DNA of 63,081 nt, counting the filler, from Reclinomonas americana ATCC 50394 (lineage: Eukaryota): the NCBI GenBank assembly GCA_048213135.1. It is 7 parts of 3 records of this genome, joined end to end, with 100 filler letters (N's around TTAATTAATTAA, not from the genome) between each part and the next. Parts side by side here need not be neighbours in the genome. Positions count along the whole stretch, not along the records: positions 44,391 to 54,940 come from PS015425.1; positions 55,041 to 57,111 come from PS015425.1; positions 57,212 to 63,081 come from PS015428.1; 4 more parts are not named here. One strand, 5' to 3'. A program made the position numbers and the translations under genes. Shown one piece after another: positions 52,247 through 63,081 of this stretch. Under the pieces are notes generated by a model, which did not search any database, was not told where the DNA came from, and worked only from the letters and a program-made list of their open reading frames with translations. Within the stretch, counting starts at the first letter, position 1, and each line of letters begins with the position of its first letter.

Positions 52247-55200
52247 ACGAGAGACACGAGCTGAATGCATCGCAGCACAGAGTTCTTTCGGCCAATCTTT
52301 GCATGTTCGATCATCCTCACCCTCTCCTTCCTCGTCATCTGATCGCAGGAGGAGCAAGGCTTCCCTGGCCCCGCCCGCGACCGCCTTCGTGAGCTCGACC
52401 AGCCGAAGAAGATCCAAATGATGCAGCTGTCAGAGGCGCGCGCGTCGGTGGCCAAGACCGCCGCCTACTTCCTCAGTGCGTTGCGCGAGCGACCGGTCAA
52501 GCTGCAGACTGTGGACAATCTCGTGCAGGAACTGCGGTGAGTGGGGGATAGAGGGAATGCGAGGGAAAGGGGGGTGGAGAGAGACAGGAGAGAATTCGCT
52601 ATGCTCTGTCCCCGAAAGTCGCTGTCACATCGTTGAGCTGCCGCATGCACATGCACATAACTGGACACGGCCTCGTCACCAGGGCCAGCAAGCTGAGCGT
52701 GTTGTCGCACTATCTTTCCTTGTGTCTCAAGTCTCCTCATCCAGCTATTATCTCTCTATTCTCTATCTCTCTCTCCTCCTATTCCTGTAGGGCCTCGTGT
52801 TCCTGCTCCGCTTCCTGTTCATGCTCTGTTTTCTGTTCCTCTTCTGCCTCCTGTTCCGTCTCCTGTTCCTCCTGTTCCTCCTCCTCCATCTCCCTCTGTT
52901 TTGGAAGTCCAGCAGTCGCAGTAACGAGCGCGGCTCTATCGTTAAAGCACAATCGTTAAAACACCTCTGTGTGTAGTATAGTAGCGATAGGCCCTTTTGT
53001 CATTCACCACTCACTCATCTCTTGTGCACAGCTCGCAGCCCGTCAAGTGGGTAAAGGAGTTTGTCGACGCCGAAGGTGTGACTGTCCTGTTTGATCTGCT
53101 CGGCGCCGGTGTCAAGTTACGCACGCTGGCCTCGCGCTCCTGTGTGTAGTGCGTGTATTCATATTTCGTCGTTGCGCCGACCGCAGAGACCTGCCCGACA
53201 TGATTCCGTCGGTGCTCGATGCCTTCCGTGCGCTCACCAACAGCGATGTCGGCCTCGCGGCGTTCCTCAGCCGCAGCGAATCGCTGCGACGCGTGTTTGA
53301 GCTGATGAACTCGAGGAGTCCGCGCATCAAGACGCAGGTGCGAGACTCGTCGGGCAGTGTCCTCCGTCCAACCATGGCTAATCACTTTCGCTGCGCAGGT
53401 GATGCAACTGATGTCGACCGTCATCTGGAAGCAAGACGCGCAAGATGATGGCTCGGGCATTTTCTGGCTGGCCCTGGATGCTGTCGACCACTTTGCATTT
53501 GTGCAGCGGGAGCACACTCGCTTCGAGACCTTGGTCCGCTCGCTGACCACGGTGGACGATGTGGCGTTCAAGGTGAGACTCCGATGTGTTTGTCTTACCT
53601 TCAAGCACAAATCCACCACACTCACTCTTTTGTTTTTTCCTGCACGCAGATGGCCGCCGTCACGTTCCTCAACGTGCTGCTGAGTGTCTCGGACGACCTG
53701 CGCCCGAAGCTGAAGCGCGAGTTCAACCGGCTGAACCTGTTGCGCGTGCTGCAAGCTCTGCGTGAGGTGCAGTACCCGGACGAAGGCTTCATGAGCCATC
53801 TCGACACGCTCGAGGAGGAACTCACCGCGCCTGAAGAGGTGCAGTGCAACTTGCATTCTCTGTGTGATATGCGTGCAACTCACGTGCGATACTTGCTGCG
53901 GCGTAGGAGGGCGGAGTGGACTCGGAATATCCTTCTTGTCACTGCTTCCGTGTCCATATTTGCACGTATTGCTCATCGTCGTTCTGTCCTTGACTCGTAT
54001 CTCGTTTTTAGCACGGATCCGCATGCGCTGGTGTCTTCGATTGCACAGCTCCTGGATGACGCACGTGAGGCTCGCGGTCTCTTCATCGAGGCGCTGCAGG
54101 CGATGCACTCTATCGCCAAGGTCTCCTCTCAGTTGCGTCTCACAAACTCGATTGCACCTTGCAGTTCTTGATGCTTACTCTCGCTCTCCTCCTCGTACAG
54201 GGGCATTGATCGACGCGCCAACACACTGCGCACAGTGGCTCGCTTTGCGGATCGTGCTCGTGCCGAGCTCGACCACGGTGTGGTGGAGGATGATCGAGGT
54301 ACGACGCTTGATAATTGCTGTCCCTTTTGCCGTGCACTCAGCCGCGCTACAGATTTTGTTGGCATGCGACTGCGCATGGAGCAACTGCAGGCCGAGTTGG
54401 CCAATGCGCGAAAGCGAGTGCAAGAGCTGGAACTCGACACTGGCCGTGATCGCGTGCTCATCAATCGTGAGCGACAGACGCTCGAGTTCGCCAGGTGCGC
54501 ACAGAACCGCTCGTCGGGCGATTGTGTTGAAGCTGACGCACACCTCTCTGCCACCTTTGCAGGCAGGGTCTGACGGAGGAGCTGACCACGGTCATGTCGC
54601 TGGTGCGCGAGACATCGCTTCCCGGCATTCTCAACAAGCTCACCAGCATGGCGCCGACGACGGAGGTTCGTGTCATGCTTCTCGTTGCGATTCTTCGTCG
54701 CCTCTCATGCATTGCTGCAGTTTGGCTCCGCTGCGCGCCAATCCTTGTTGCACGTGGTCCGTCTGGCCCAGAGTGGAGGTGCTGGCAATGTGCGTTCGCT
54801 TTCGAGAGAAACTTGCACTCACTTTTCAATTTCTCGCTCGCAGGTCCTCTGCCTCCCGCACCCGCCGCCCCTGGTGCTCCCCCGGCGCCTCCGGTGCCCG
54901 GTGCACCACCAGCGCCACCTGTTCCCGGAGCGCCCCCGGCNNNNNNNNNNNNNNNNNNNNNNNNNNNNNNNNNNNNNNNNNNNNTTAATTAATTAANNNN
55001 NNNNNNNNNNNNNNNNNNNNNNNNNNNNNNNNNNNNNNNNCATGTGAGAGGAGCGTGTCATCTTCTCCTCCAGCCACTGACTCTCCTTCGACGTGTGGCG
55101 CACAGGCATTGTGCTGAACAGCGTGTTCGCCAAGGCCGACTACCAGGAGTTGCGACGCAACATTCTTCGCATGGAGAATCTGTCGGAGCGCATGGTGCAG

Positions 55201-57111
55201 GCGCTTGGTGGACTGGTGCCCACCAATGATGAGGTGCGGTAAAAGGGGAAGGAGGGGGAAGGAGAGGGATGGGGAGGGAAGGAGAGGGAAGGGGAAGGAG
55301 AGGGAAGGATAGGGAAAGAGAGATGACAGGACTGACGCACTTGCCCTGCAGATTGAACTCGTGATGAGCTACGACGGTCCGGGTGAGCTGGGCCAGCCGG
55401 AGCGCTTCATTCGTGCGGTACGTGTGAGGCGCAGAATGAGCAGCAAGCTGGGGAGATTTTCTTACACCAGTGATGCAGGTGGCGGATATTCCGCGCCTCT
55501 CTGCGCGCATTGGATGCTGGCAGTTCACCAACCAGTGGCGTGATCGCGTGGAAGCTCTGCAGCCAGTTCCGTGTTGCAGAAGGAGTGACACCGAGATATT
55601 CAGTGAGCTGACAAACATGCACTGAGTAACGCACGTGCTGACTGGTTTATATGAGGAACGACATGCAGTGCTCACCGAGATGTACAGTGAGCATACAACC
55701 ATGTTTTGAGAGACGCACATACTGCCCGATTGTAGAGGACAGACATGCAGTGAGCCGAGTTACACGCATGAATTGAGAAACATGCAGAGAGAGATGGACA
55801 TACTGCCCGGTTGTAGAGGACAGACATGTAGTGAGCCGAGTTACACGCGTGAATTGAGAAACATGCACAGAGAGATGGACATGCAGACTGGTATTCGAGG
55901 AAAGACATGCAGTGCACACTCAGGTAAATAGTGAGTTGAGAAACATGCACAGAGAGATGGACATGCAGACTGGTATTCGAGGAAAGACATGCAGTGCACA
56001 CTCAGGTAAATAGTGAGTTGAGAAACATGCACAGAGAGATGCACATCGATCTGAAGTCGCTGACTACCGCACACTGAAGTCTTGTGAGAGAGAGAGAGAA
56101 GAAAGGGAGCAAGGAGAGCGAGGTATGTGCGACGCAGAGAGTGTGAGTGAGAGAGCGAGCTGAGGCACATGCTGTGAGACCTGCCACGAGCTGTGAGATC
56201 CGCTGTAATGCTCTACTCGCACTGTGGCACATTTTGTGAGGGACAAGCAGTCCGCGACTGGAGAGGACCTTCCTCTCTTACCACCCTCATCCTCCTCCTC
56301 CTCCTCCTCCCCCACGCGCGACTGTGGCACATTTTGTGAGGGACAAGCAGTCCGCGACTGGAGAGGACCTTCCTCTCTTACCACCCTCACCCTCATCCTC
56401 CTCCTCCTCCCCCACGCGCGCAGCAAATCGCCACCGTGCAATTCGCCTGCGAGGAACTGCGCCGATCGCAAAAGTTCCACCACCTGCTGCAGGTGGTGCT
56501 CGCCGTCTCCAACGCGATGAACGGCAGTGGATTCCGCGGCAATGCGTACGGATTCAAGATGGACAGCTTGCAGGAGGTATATTCTTTCACCTGACCGCGA
56601 CGCCGTGAATCGCTTTGCATTCTCACGCTCTGTGCACGCAGCTGCGAAACACCAAGGGCGCCAACGGAGTCTCTCTCCTCACCTTCTTTGTCGAGCACCT
56701 GCTCCGACACAAGCGCGACACGCTGGATGTGCACGCCGATTTGGCGCATGTTGCCGACGCCAGTCGCAGTTGAGTGCACACTCTCCCCCCGTGCTTCTGT
56801 TGGCTCCATACAGTGCACTCACTCACTCTGCCGACAGTCAATATGCCCGCCGTGCGCGAGGACATGGGTGTGCTGACAAAGAACTTCAACATTATCCAGT
56901 CGCAGCTAAAGGCGGCGTCGGACGACCCGAACGACGGATTCAAGGCCCGCATGACGCGCTTCCTGCAACAGCACGAGGCCAAGTACCAGGAGCTGGTCAC
57001 GCGTATGGCACAGCTCGAGGAGGATGTGCAGACGACTGCCAAGTTCTTTGGCGAGGATCCCAGAAAGTTCGACTCGGAGGCCTTTTTCCGCAACATTGAG
57101 CAGTTTTTGCG
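51370..57111 (+). CDS. Diaphanous-related formin (GBD-FH3-coiled coil-FH1-FH2), 3' partial
   Basis: GBD (LRSQPVKWVKEFVDAEGV), FH3 (RFETLVRSL, FLNVLL), poly-Pro FH1 at 54845-54940, FH2 (LGQPERF, IPRLSARI, NAMNG..RGNAYGFKMDSL..LRNTK, FFGEDP...FF). Confidence 0.93.
53927..54014 (+). other. U12-type (minor spliceosome) intron in formin
   Basis: Donor ATATCCTT at 53927, branch point TCCTTGAC at 53987-53994, 3' end AC at 54014 (or AG at 54011); both ends keep the frame. Confidence 0.85.
55600..56045. repeat. Intronic minisatellite, ~81-82-bp unit, about 5 copies
   Basis: gagaaacatgca.agagagatg recurs at 55775, 55856, 55938 and 56020. Confidence 0.85.
56221..56420. repeat. 100-bp tandem duplication at the 3' end of a formin intron
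   Basis: actgtggcacattttgtgagggacaagcag... at 56221 and 56321; only the second copy is followed by the CAG acceptor. Confidence 0.9.
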
Positions 57112-57261
57112 NNNNNNNNNNNNNNNNNNNNNNNNNNNNNNNNNNNNNNNNNNNNTTAATTAATTAANNNNNNNNNNNNNNNNNNNNNNNNNNNNNNNNN
57201 NNNNNNNNNNNCGGTGAACAAGAAAACTTGTGTGGCGCTGACAAAGACAATACGTACACAG

Positions 57262-57477
57262 TGACTTCTACAACTGCCCGGTCTACAAGATCAACACAAG
57301 GCAGTACACGCAGCATGTGTTTGACGTGTTGTTGCACGCCGGTGGCAAGCCTGGTGCGTTGATTTGTGATGTAGTCAAGAAACCATGTTGGCGGAGACTG
57401 ACCCTTTTACCTCTTTCCCTCCTCCAGAATATCACTGGATTCTCCGTGGCGTCGCTCTGTTGTGCGCCAAGGATTAA
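57262..57477 (+). CDS. Dynein heavy chain, last two exons, on a flipped contig
   Basis: Exons 57262-57353 and 57428-57477 give DFYNCPVYKINTR...KPEYHWILRGVALLCAKD*, the canonical axonemal dynein C-terminus. Confidence 0.9.
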
Positions 57478-57604
57478 GTGCGGCGGGTGCCTGTGTGTGA
57501 TTGTGTGTATACTTGTTTTGCGTTTTTTCGCTTGCTTCCTTTAATGAACATGGTTCGTAATGCACAACAAAATGCCCGCGCGACTGCGCCACCCACCCCA
57601 TCCA

Positions 57605-58240
57605 TCACACATCTTCGGGAGCGTACTCCAGCATCTCTTCTTGACGCTCGTGGCCCGGATCGGTGACAGACGCCATCATGCCGCCAATGGTGGCCTGCCC
57701 CATGAGATTGACCGCCAAGGCCTTGCTGACCTGATGTGTGCTGCAGCACGGGAAGAAGCAACCGCAGCAGCAATCAGCACAGCATGCACCTCGGTACCAC
57801 ACGCCACCCTCCGGGCGCGGTGCCTGCGACTCGATGAGACCGAGATGAAGCGCGGGAAACACACACACACACTCAACTCGTCGCAATCGCCTTCTCTCGT
57901 ACATGCCCCAGCACGGCAAGCAGAACAACCTGTGCACACCAACGTGAGACAACGCACACACACAGAGTCGCGCACGTGCATACCCAGCACAGCAACCTGC
58001 ACAACACAATCATCATCAGTGATCACGCACACAAACACAGTCAGCAGCTTCGCGACTGTGAACCTCCCCAGAAGCTGCTCCCTCGGTTGGGTGGGTTCGA
58101 GGCCAGAGCCACCAGTGTCACTCGCGAGTAGGCCTCGACAGTGGTCTCGGAGCCGGGTGCACTCGACACAGTCGGCAACGCGTCCAGAATGATCTTGTTG
58201 GCGCCCATGGTCAGGCACGGGAGGCAGTAGGATCGCAAGC
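57605..58240 (-). CDS. PLAC8/cornifelin-family Cys-rich protein (5' partial)
   Basis: RSYCLPCLTMGAN...LFCLPCWGMYERRRLRR...CCADCCCGCFFPCCSTHQ fits the PLAC8 pattern. Confidence 0.75.
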
Positions 58241-58503
58241 NNNNNNNNNNNNNNNNNNNNNNNNNNNNNNNNNNNNNNNNNNNNNNNNNNNNNNNNNNNN
58301 NNNNNNNNNNNNNNNNNNNNNNNNNNNNNNNNNNNNNNNNNNNNNNNNNNNNNNNNNNNNNNNNNNNNNNNNNNNNNNNNNNNNNNNNNNNNNNNNNNNN
58401 NNNNNNNNNNNNNNNNNNNNNNNNNNNNNNNNNNNNNNNNNNNNNNNNNNNNNNNNNNNNNNNNNNNNNNNNNNNNNNNCAAAAACACTCAAGAAACACG
58501 CAC

Positions 58504-61500
58504 CGTGCTCGACCCAGTTGTTCATCTGGTCAAAGCGCTGCATGAGTGCCTCGAACCAGTTACCGAGAGACGGCGCCGGCCATGAGATCTTGAGCCACTT
58601 GGGCGGCACACGACCATCGTAGATCTGGCAAACAAACACACCAACACTCAAGTCAGCACAAGAAACCACTCTGCCAGGCACCCAAAACACACTGAAACAT
58701 AAAACGCACCGAGTTCAGCGCCGACTGCAGATCCACACTCATGATAATGGTGCCGGCAATGGCCAGCTTGAGATCCGACAGCGTGCGGCGTACCAACGTA
58801 ATCACCATCTGCAAGCGATCGATCTCTTGCAGGATGAAAATGTTGAGTGGCTCGCTCGGCGGGTGAATGCGCTCGCGGCAGTGGTCCTTGTCAAAGTCAC
58901 GCGGCAGCTTGCTCAACATGTCGTCGGCAGAGCGCTCCACTTCCTCCTCGCGTGTCAAACCCGAGCCACCACCACCCTCCTTGGGTTGAATGTCCAGCGC
59001 AGTCGACAACACCTGGCAATCCACAAAACAAGAGAAAAAGTCAGCGATCAATGGAATACTCGCTCACGGTGGGCAGAAGAGGCACGCACCGCTCCCGACT
59101 CCTTCATGCGGAATGTGAGATCGGCGTTGGGGTGCAGACCGTACACCTCCGGTGACTCCACGTCGGGCAACAGGGACACCGCCTGGCGGAAGAACGTAAT
59201 CTCGTTCGCCTCGCCGCTGCCTTCGGCAACTGGCGGGCGCGACGGGACGCGGTAACCCGGATAGAATTCGTAGGCATTGGTCAGCACGTAGTCGGCCAGG
59301 TAACGCTCGGCGTACGTGTTGAAGAGGCGGCGATCCTTGTCGTCGGTGATACGACCGCCGTAGTGAATCTCGGACACCATGTACCGAATGGTCTCGTACG
59401 ACGGTTGCTTCTTGCGAGGATCGTCGCCAATCTGGAACATGTGCTTCTCCAGGAAGGACACGGAAGCTGCATAGTGCATGCACAATGAGAGTGTGAGAAA
59501 ACAGTGCGCGGAGGGAACAACCAACACCGACGACCAACCTTCCAAGTCCGACTGGTTAAACTCGTACGGAATGTTCCATCCGAGCGGACCAAACTTGCGG
59601 CGCTCCTGCACCACCGAGTGCAAGAAGCAGGTGGTGTACAGCAGCGGCTTCCACTCCGGGCGTGTGACACGCTCCAACATATCCAGCGACACCCACTGGA
59701 ACGAGCGCTCCAGGCCAGCGCGAATGCCGCGCGGCGGCTCGTTGGTGAGCTTGATGGACATTTGCAGCAGGCCAATGGGGAAGTTCGGGTGCGGCTCCGA
59801 GGTGACCCACAGGCGGAAGTTCTCGTGAATCTCCGTCGTCTTCATCAGCGTGTCTTCGATTTCACCCATGAAGCCCAGACCCAGATGGCAGTTCTGCAGC
59901 ATCAGCCACGTGCCCTTCTGGAATCCGTTCTGCATCAGGGCGCGAGCGCGCGGCTCCTGACCACGGCCGAGCGAGATTGTGTCGATTGACGTCTGCACAC
60001 AAAAGAGCATGAAAGAGAGGTTAGCCATGTCCTGTCGGCGTGCGTGCGTGCGTGTGTGTGACTGTTTTCTCGCCTTCTTCTTCTTGGCCAGGGCATAGAT
60101 CGAGCCGGTCGGATCGGAGCCTGGTGACAGCACGTACAGAATCGGGCAGCGAGCATTGCTCTCCTCATAAGCGTCCTCCAAGTTCGGCACAATGCCTGTC
60201 ACATACTCCTTGCGTTCCAGCGTCGGCGTGTCGGCGATAAAGTCGGCGGCAGCCAACATGGTACGATCCTGGCGGAGCGAGCGCACCAGCAGGAGGCGAT
60301 CAAATGACGACAGCCTGTGAAGGAATTCCGTGTGAGTCTCACGAAGCGAGGAACAGGAGAGGTGCTAGCAGAGTACGCAACTTGTCGTGCAAGTCTGGCA
60401 CCTTTTGCGCCTCGGGATTCTCAGAGTCGTACCACAGACCCCACGCGTTGAACTCGTTGCGCTGGATCATGTCGCACAGCTCGCGGAACACCGGAACCGA
60501 GTTCGACAACTGCACCACATTGAGCCAGGCCGAATCGGTGATCCACTCGTACGGCTTGCGACGCGAGTCCTTCAGCGACAGCGTGGCACCGCCCTTCAGC
60601 AGCGTGTTGAAGGCGCTGCGACCGATGGTGCCAGAGTGCAAGTTGATTTCGCAAGCCAGCAGCAGCGAGTACAGTGGCTTGTGAATCTCAAACAGGCCGC
60701 GAGACACGAACACAAAGACAATGAATGTCAGCGTCTCGATAATGTTGCGCACACGCTTGCCAATCAGCGGGTCCTGCAGGCGAGGTGGATGAGTCCAATA
60801 AAACGAAAAAGTAATACTGAGTGAAAGGNNNNNNNNNNNNNNNNNNNNNNNNNNNNNNNNNNNNNNNNNNNNNNNNNNNNNNNNNNNNNNNNNNNNNNNN
60901 NNNNNNNNNNNNNNNNNNNNNNNNNNNNNNNNNNNNNNNNNNNNNNNNNNNNNNNNNNNNNNNNNNNNNNNNNNNNNNNNNNNNNNNNNNNNNNNNNNNN
61001 NNNNNNNNNNNNNNNNNNNNNNNNNNNNNNNNNNNNNNNNNNNNNNNNNNNNNNNNNNNNNNNNNNNNNNNNNNNNNNNNNNNNNNNNNNNNNNNNNNNN
61101 NNNNNNNNNNNNNNNNNNNNNNNNNNNNNNNNNNNNNNNNNNNNNNNNNNNNNNNNNNNNNNNNNNNNNNNNNNNNNNNNNNNNNNNNNNNNNNNNNNNN
61201 NNNNNNNNNNNNNNNNNNNNNNNNNNNNNNNNNNNNNNNNNNNNNNNNNNNNNNNNNNNNNNNNNNNNNNNNNNNNNNNNNNNNNNNNNNNNNNNNNNNN
61301 NNNNNNNNNNNNNNNNNNNNNNNNNNNNNNNNNNNNNNNNNNNNNNNNNNNNNNNNNNNNNNNNNNNNNNNNNNNNNNNNNNNNNNNNNNNNNNNNNNNN
61401 NNNNNNNNNNNNNNNNNNNNNNNNNNNNNNNNNNNNNNNNNNNNNNNNNNNNNNNNNNNNNNNNNNNNNNNNNNNNNNNNNNNNNNNNNNNNNNNNNNNN

Positions 61501-63081
61501 NNNNNNNNNNNNNNNNNNNNNNNNNNNNNNNNNNNNNNNNNNNNNNNNNNNNNNNNNNNNNNNNNNNNNNNNNNNNNNNNNNNNNNNNNNNNNNNNNNNN
61601 NNNNNNNNNNNNNNNNNNNNNNNNNNNNNNNNNNNNNNNNNNNNNNNNNNNNNNNNNNNNNNNNNNNNNNNNNNNNNNNNNNNNNNNNNNNNNNNNNNNN
61701 NNNNNNNNNNNNNNNNNNNNNNNNNNNNNNNCGGAAGTTCTGGTGGTAATCCAGAGCCTGAGAGAGATTGGAGAGAGAAAGAGAGAGTGGGGGTGAGCAG
61801 ATAACATAACATGATGCAAGGTCACCAGCGAGGGGGGCACGAAACTTGCTTGTCACCCATAATGACTTGGAGCATCTGACCCGTCTTCGTAATCTCCTTG
61901 TCGAGCAGAGGATCCATGTAGGGATCAATCTCCTCGCCGACATTCTCAATAATGAGCGGCCAGCCCTGCAATTTGTCACGTGTGTCAGCCACCCGCTCGT
62001 CGATATGCTCAACAGTGGCATAAAAAACGCACCTCACGGCAAGCCTCCTCCAGGCAGAACTTGAAGTGTCGGTCGGAGAACTGCACGACTTGCAGCTTCT
62101 CGTCCGGTCGCTTCGGCTCAAAGTTGCGCAGCCAGGAGAGACCCTGGCCCTGCGGGTCGACAAGCATCGGCCACTTGGTCGACATGGTGACCATGATACC
62201 GTTCTGTGTCGAGTGGTCGTCCTTCGGCAGACCCTGAATGTTCCACTCGCCGGCCTCGCGCTCATCCACCATGAAGCGCGTAATATTGAGGCTGGCAGTG
62301 GTCGGCACTCGTCGCTCATGCAGATCCTTCTGGAAGTGCTCCGAGAGCATCTGGCGGAATTGGGCATTGTACGGGCCGCAGTACGACATAAAGGCCGTGG
62401 CCACGGCCACGTCGCCGACCATGCGGTTGATGGTCTCCTGGAAGGCGTGGCTCTGTCGGCGCCACGAGTCACGCTCACCCGACAATGCACCAATCAGGTT
62501 GTTGGCGCTCTCCATCTTGTGGCGCAGACTGTCGGCCTTCTCTTGCAGCAACTGCTTGTTGCGCACGGCGCGCTCAAACTGCTCCTCAATGGCACGCAGA
62601 TCCGACTCGACAACAGCGAGCTCGGCCTGCTTCGCACGCAGCTTGCCCATGGCCACACGCTGGTTGTCCTCGGCCTCGCGCAACGCAGCACGCTTCGGCT
62701 CGACGACCTTGGCCACCTGTTGTTCATCATCAACGGGTCAGTGACAATGCAGCAATAAATAAAAAAGAAAAACACACGACACTCACATCGTGATACTCAG
62801 CCATGGCGCGCACCCACACGCACAGACCGGAGACTTCCTTGGCCTTCTTGCCGGCAATCTCCTCGGTGAAGTCGAACATGGTGACGTACGGCTGCAGCAG
62901 CTCCACCATCTCGTCATCGATTTCGTCCTTCGGATAGCCCTCCAGATCCTTGGTCAAGTTCGGTCGGCTCAACATGGTGGCCTTCGAGATATCGAACGAA
63001 TCCTGAATCATGATGCGCTCGGCCGTCAGGCTATAGTAGGAGACCGGCACCAGCGGCATGCGGTTGAGAATCAGCACGCCA
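58504..63081 (-). CDS. Axonemal dynein heavy chain, stalk to AAA6/C-terminal region (probably outer-arm gamma, DNAH5/8-like)
   Basis: GLPKDDHSTQNG, WPMLVDPQGQG, LSPGSDPT, GTWLMLQNCHL, FRLWVTSEPHP.FPI.LLQ, QERRKFGPLGWNIPYEFNQSD, YGGRITDD.DRR, LDIQPKEGGGGSG.TREE. Confidence 0.96.

Noticed and set aside
55600..56420. CRISPR-like array
   Set aside because: Contiguous tandem units with no unique spacers, inside a eukaryotic intron, and no cas genes.
61759..61848. GC donor AA|GCAAGT in dynein
   Set aside because: Out of phase with the only AG acceptor; CAA|GTTTCGT keeps the frame.

Overview
Gappy draft assembly of an intron-rich, microsatellite-rich eukaryote. It is probably a flagellated protist: it has an axonemal dynein, uses the standard code, and most short introns are about 55-100 nt. 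Seven pieces are joined by artificial N44-TTAATTAATTAA-N44 spacers, and at least three contigs are flipped in place. Splicing exons by hand gives RNA Pol I RPA1 (exon 1), an RPA34-like gene, a Mi-2/CHD3-type remodeller, ATE1, a 2xUIM RING-H2 E3 ligase, a tandem pair of orphan secreted proteins, UDP-glucose dehydrogenase, cytidine deaminase, a duplicated micro-exon coiled-coil gene, a Diaphanous-related formin, a PLAC8-family gene, a dynein heavy chain and several orphans. The main signal is in the splicing. Of roughly 100 introns I could resolve, 28 use a donor whose consensus is displaced one base downstream (H|GTTGCGT, GTTGAGT and similar; never preceded by G, mostly by A). This matches the '+1-shifted U1 register' that is very rare in vertebrates. 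The window also holds a textbook U12-type intron, a probable U2-type AT-AC intron, GC-AG introns and 3-27 nt micro-exons. All gene models are manual predictions without transcript data.
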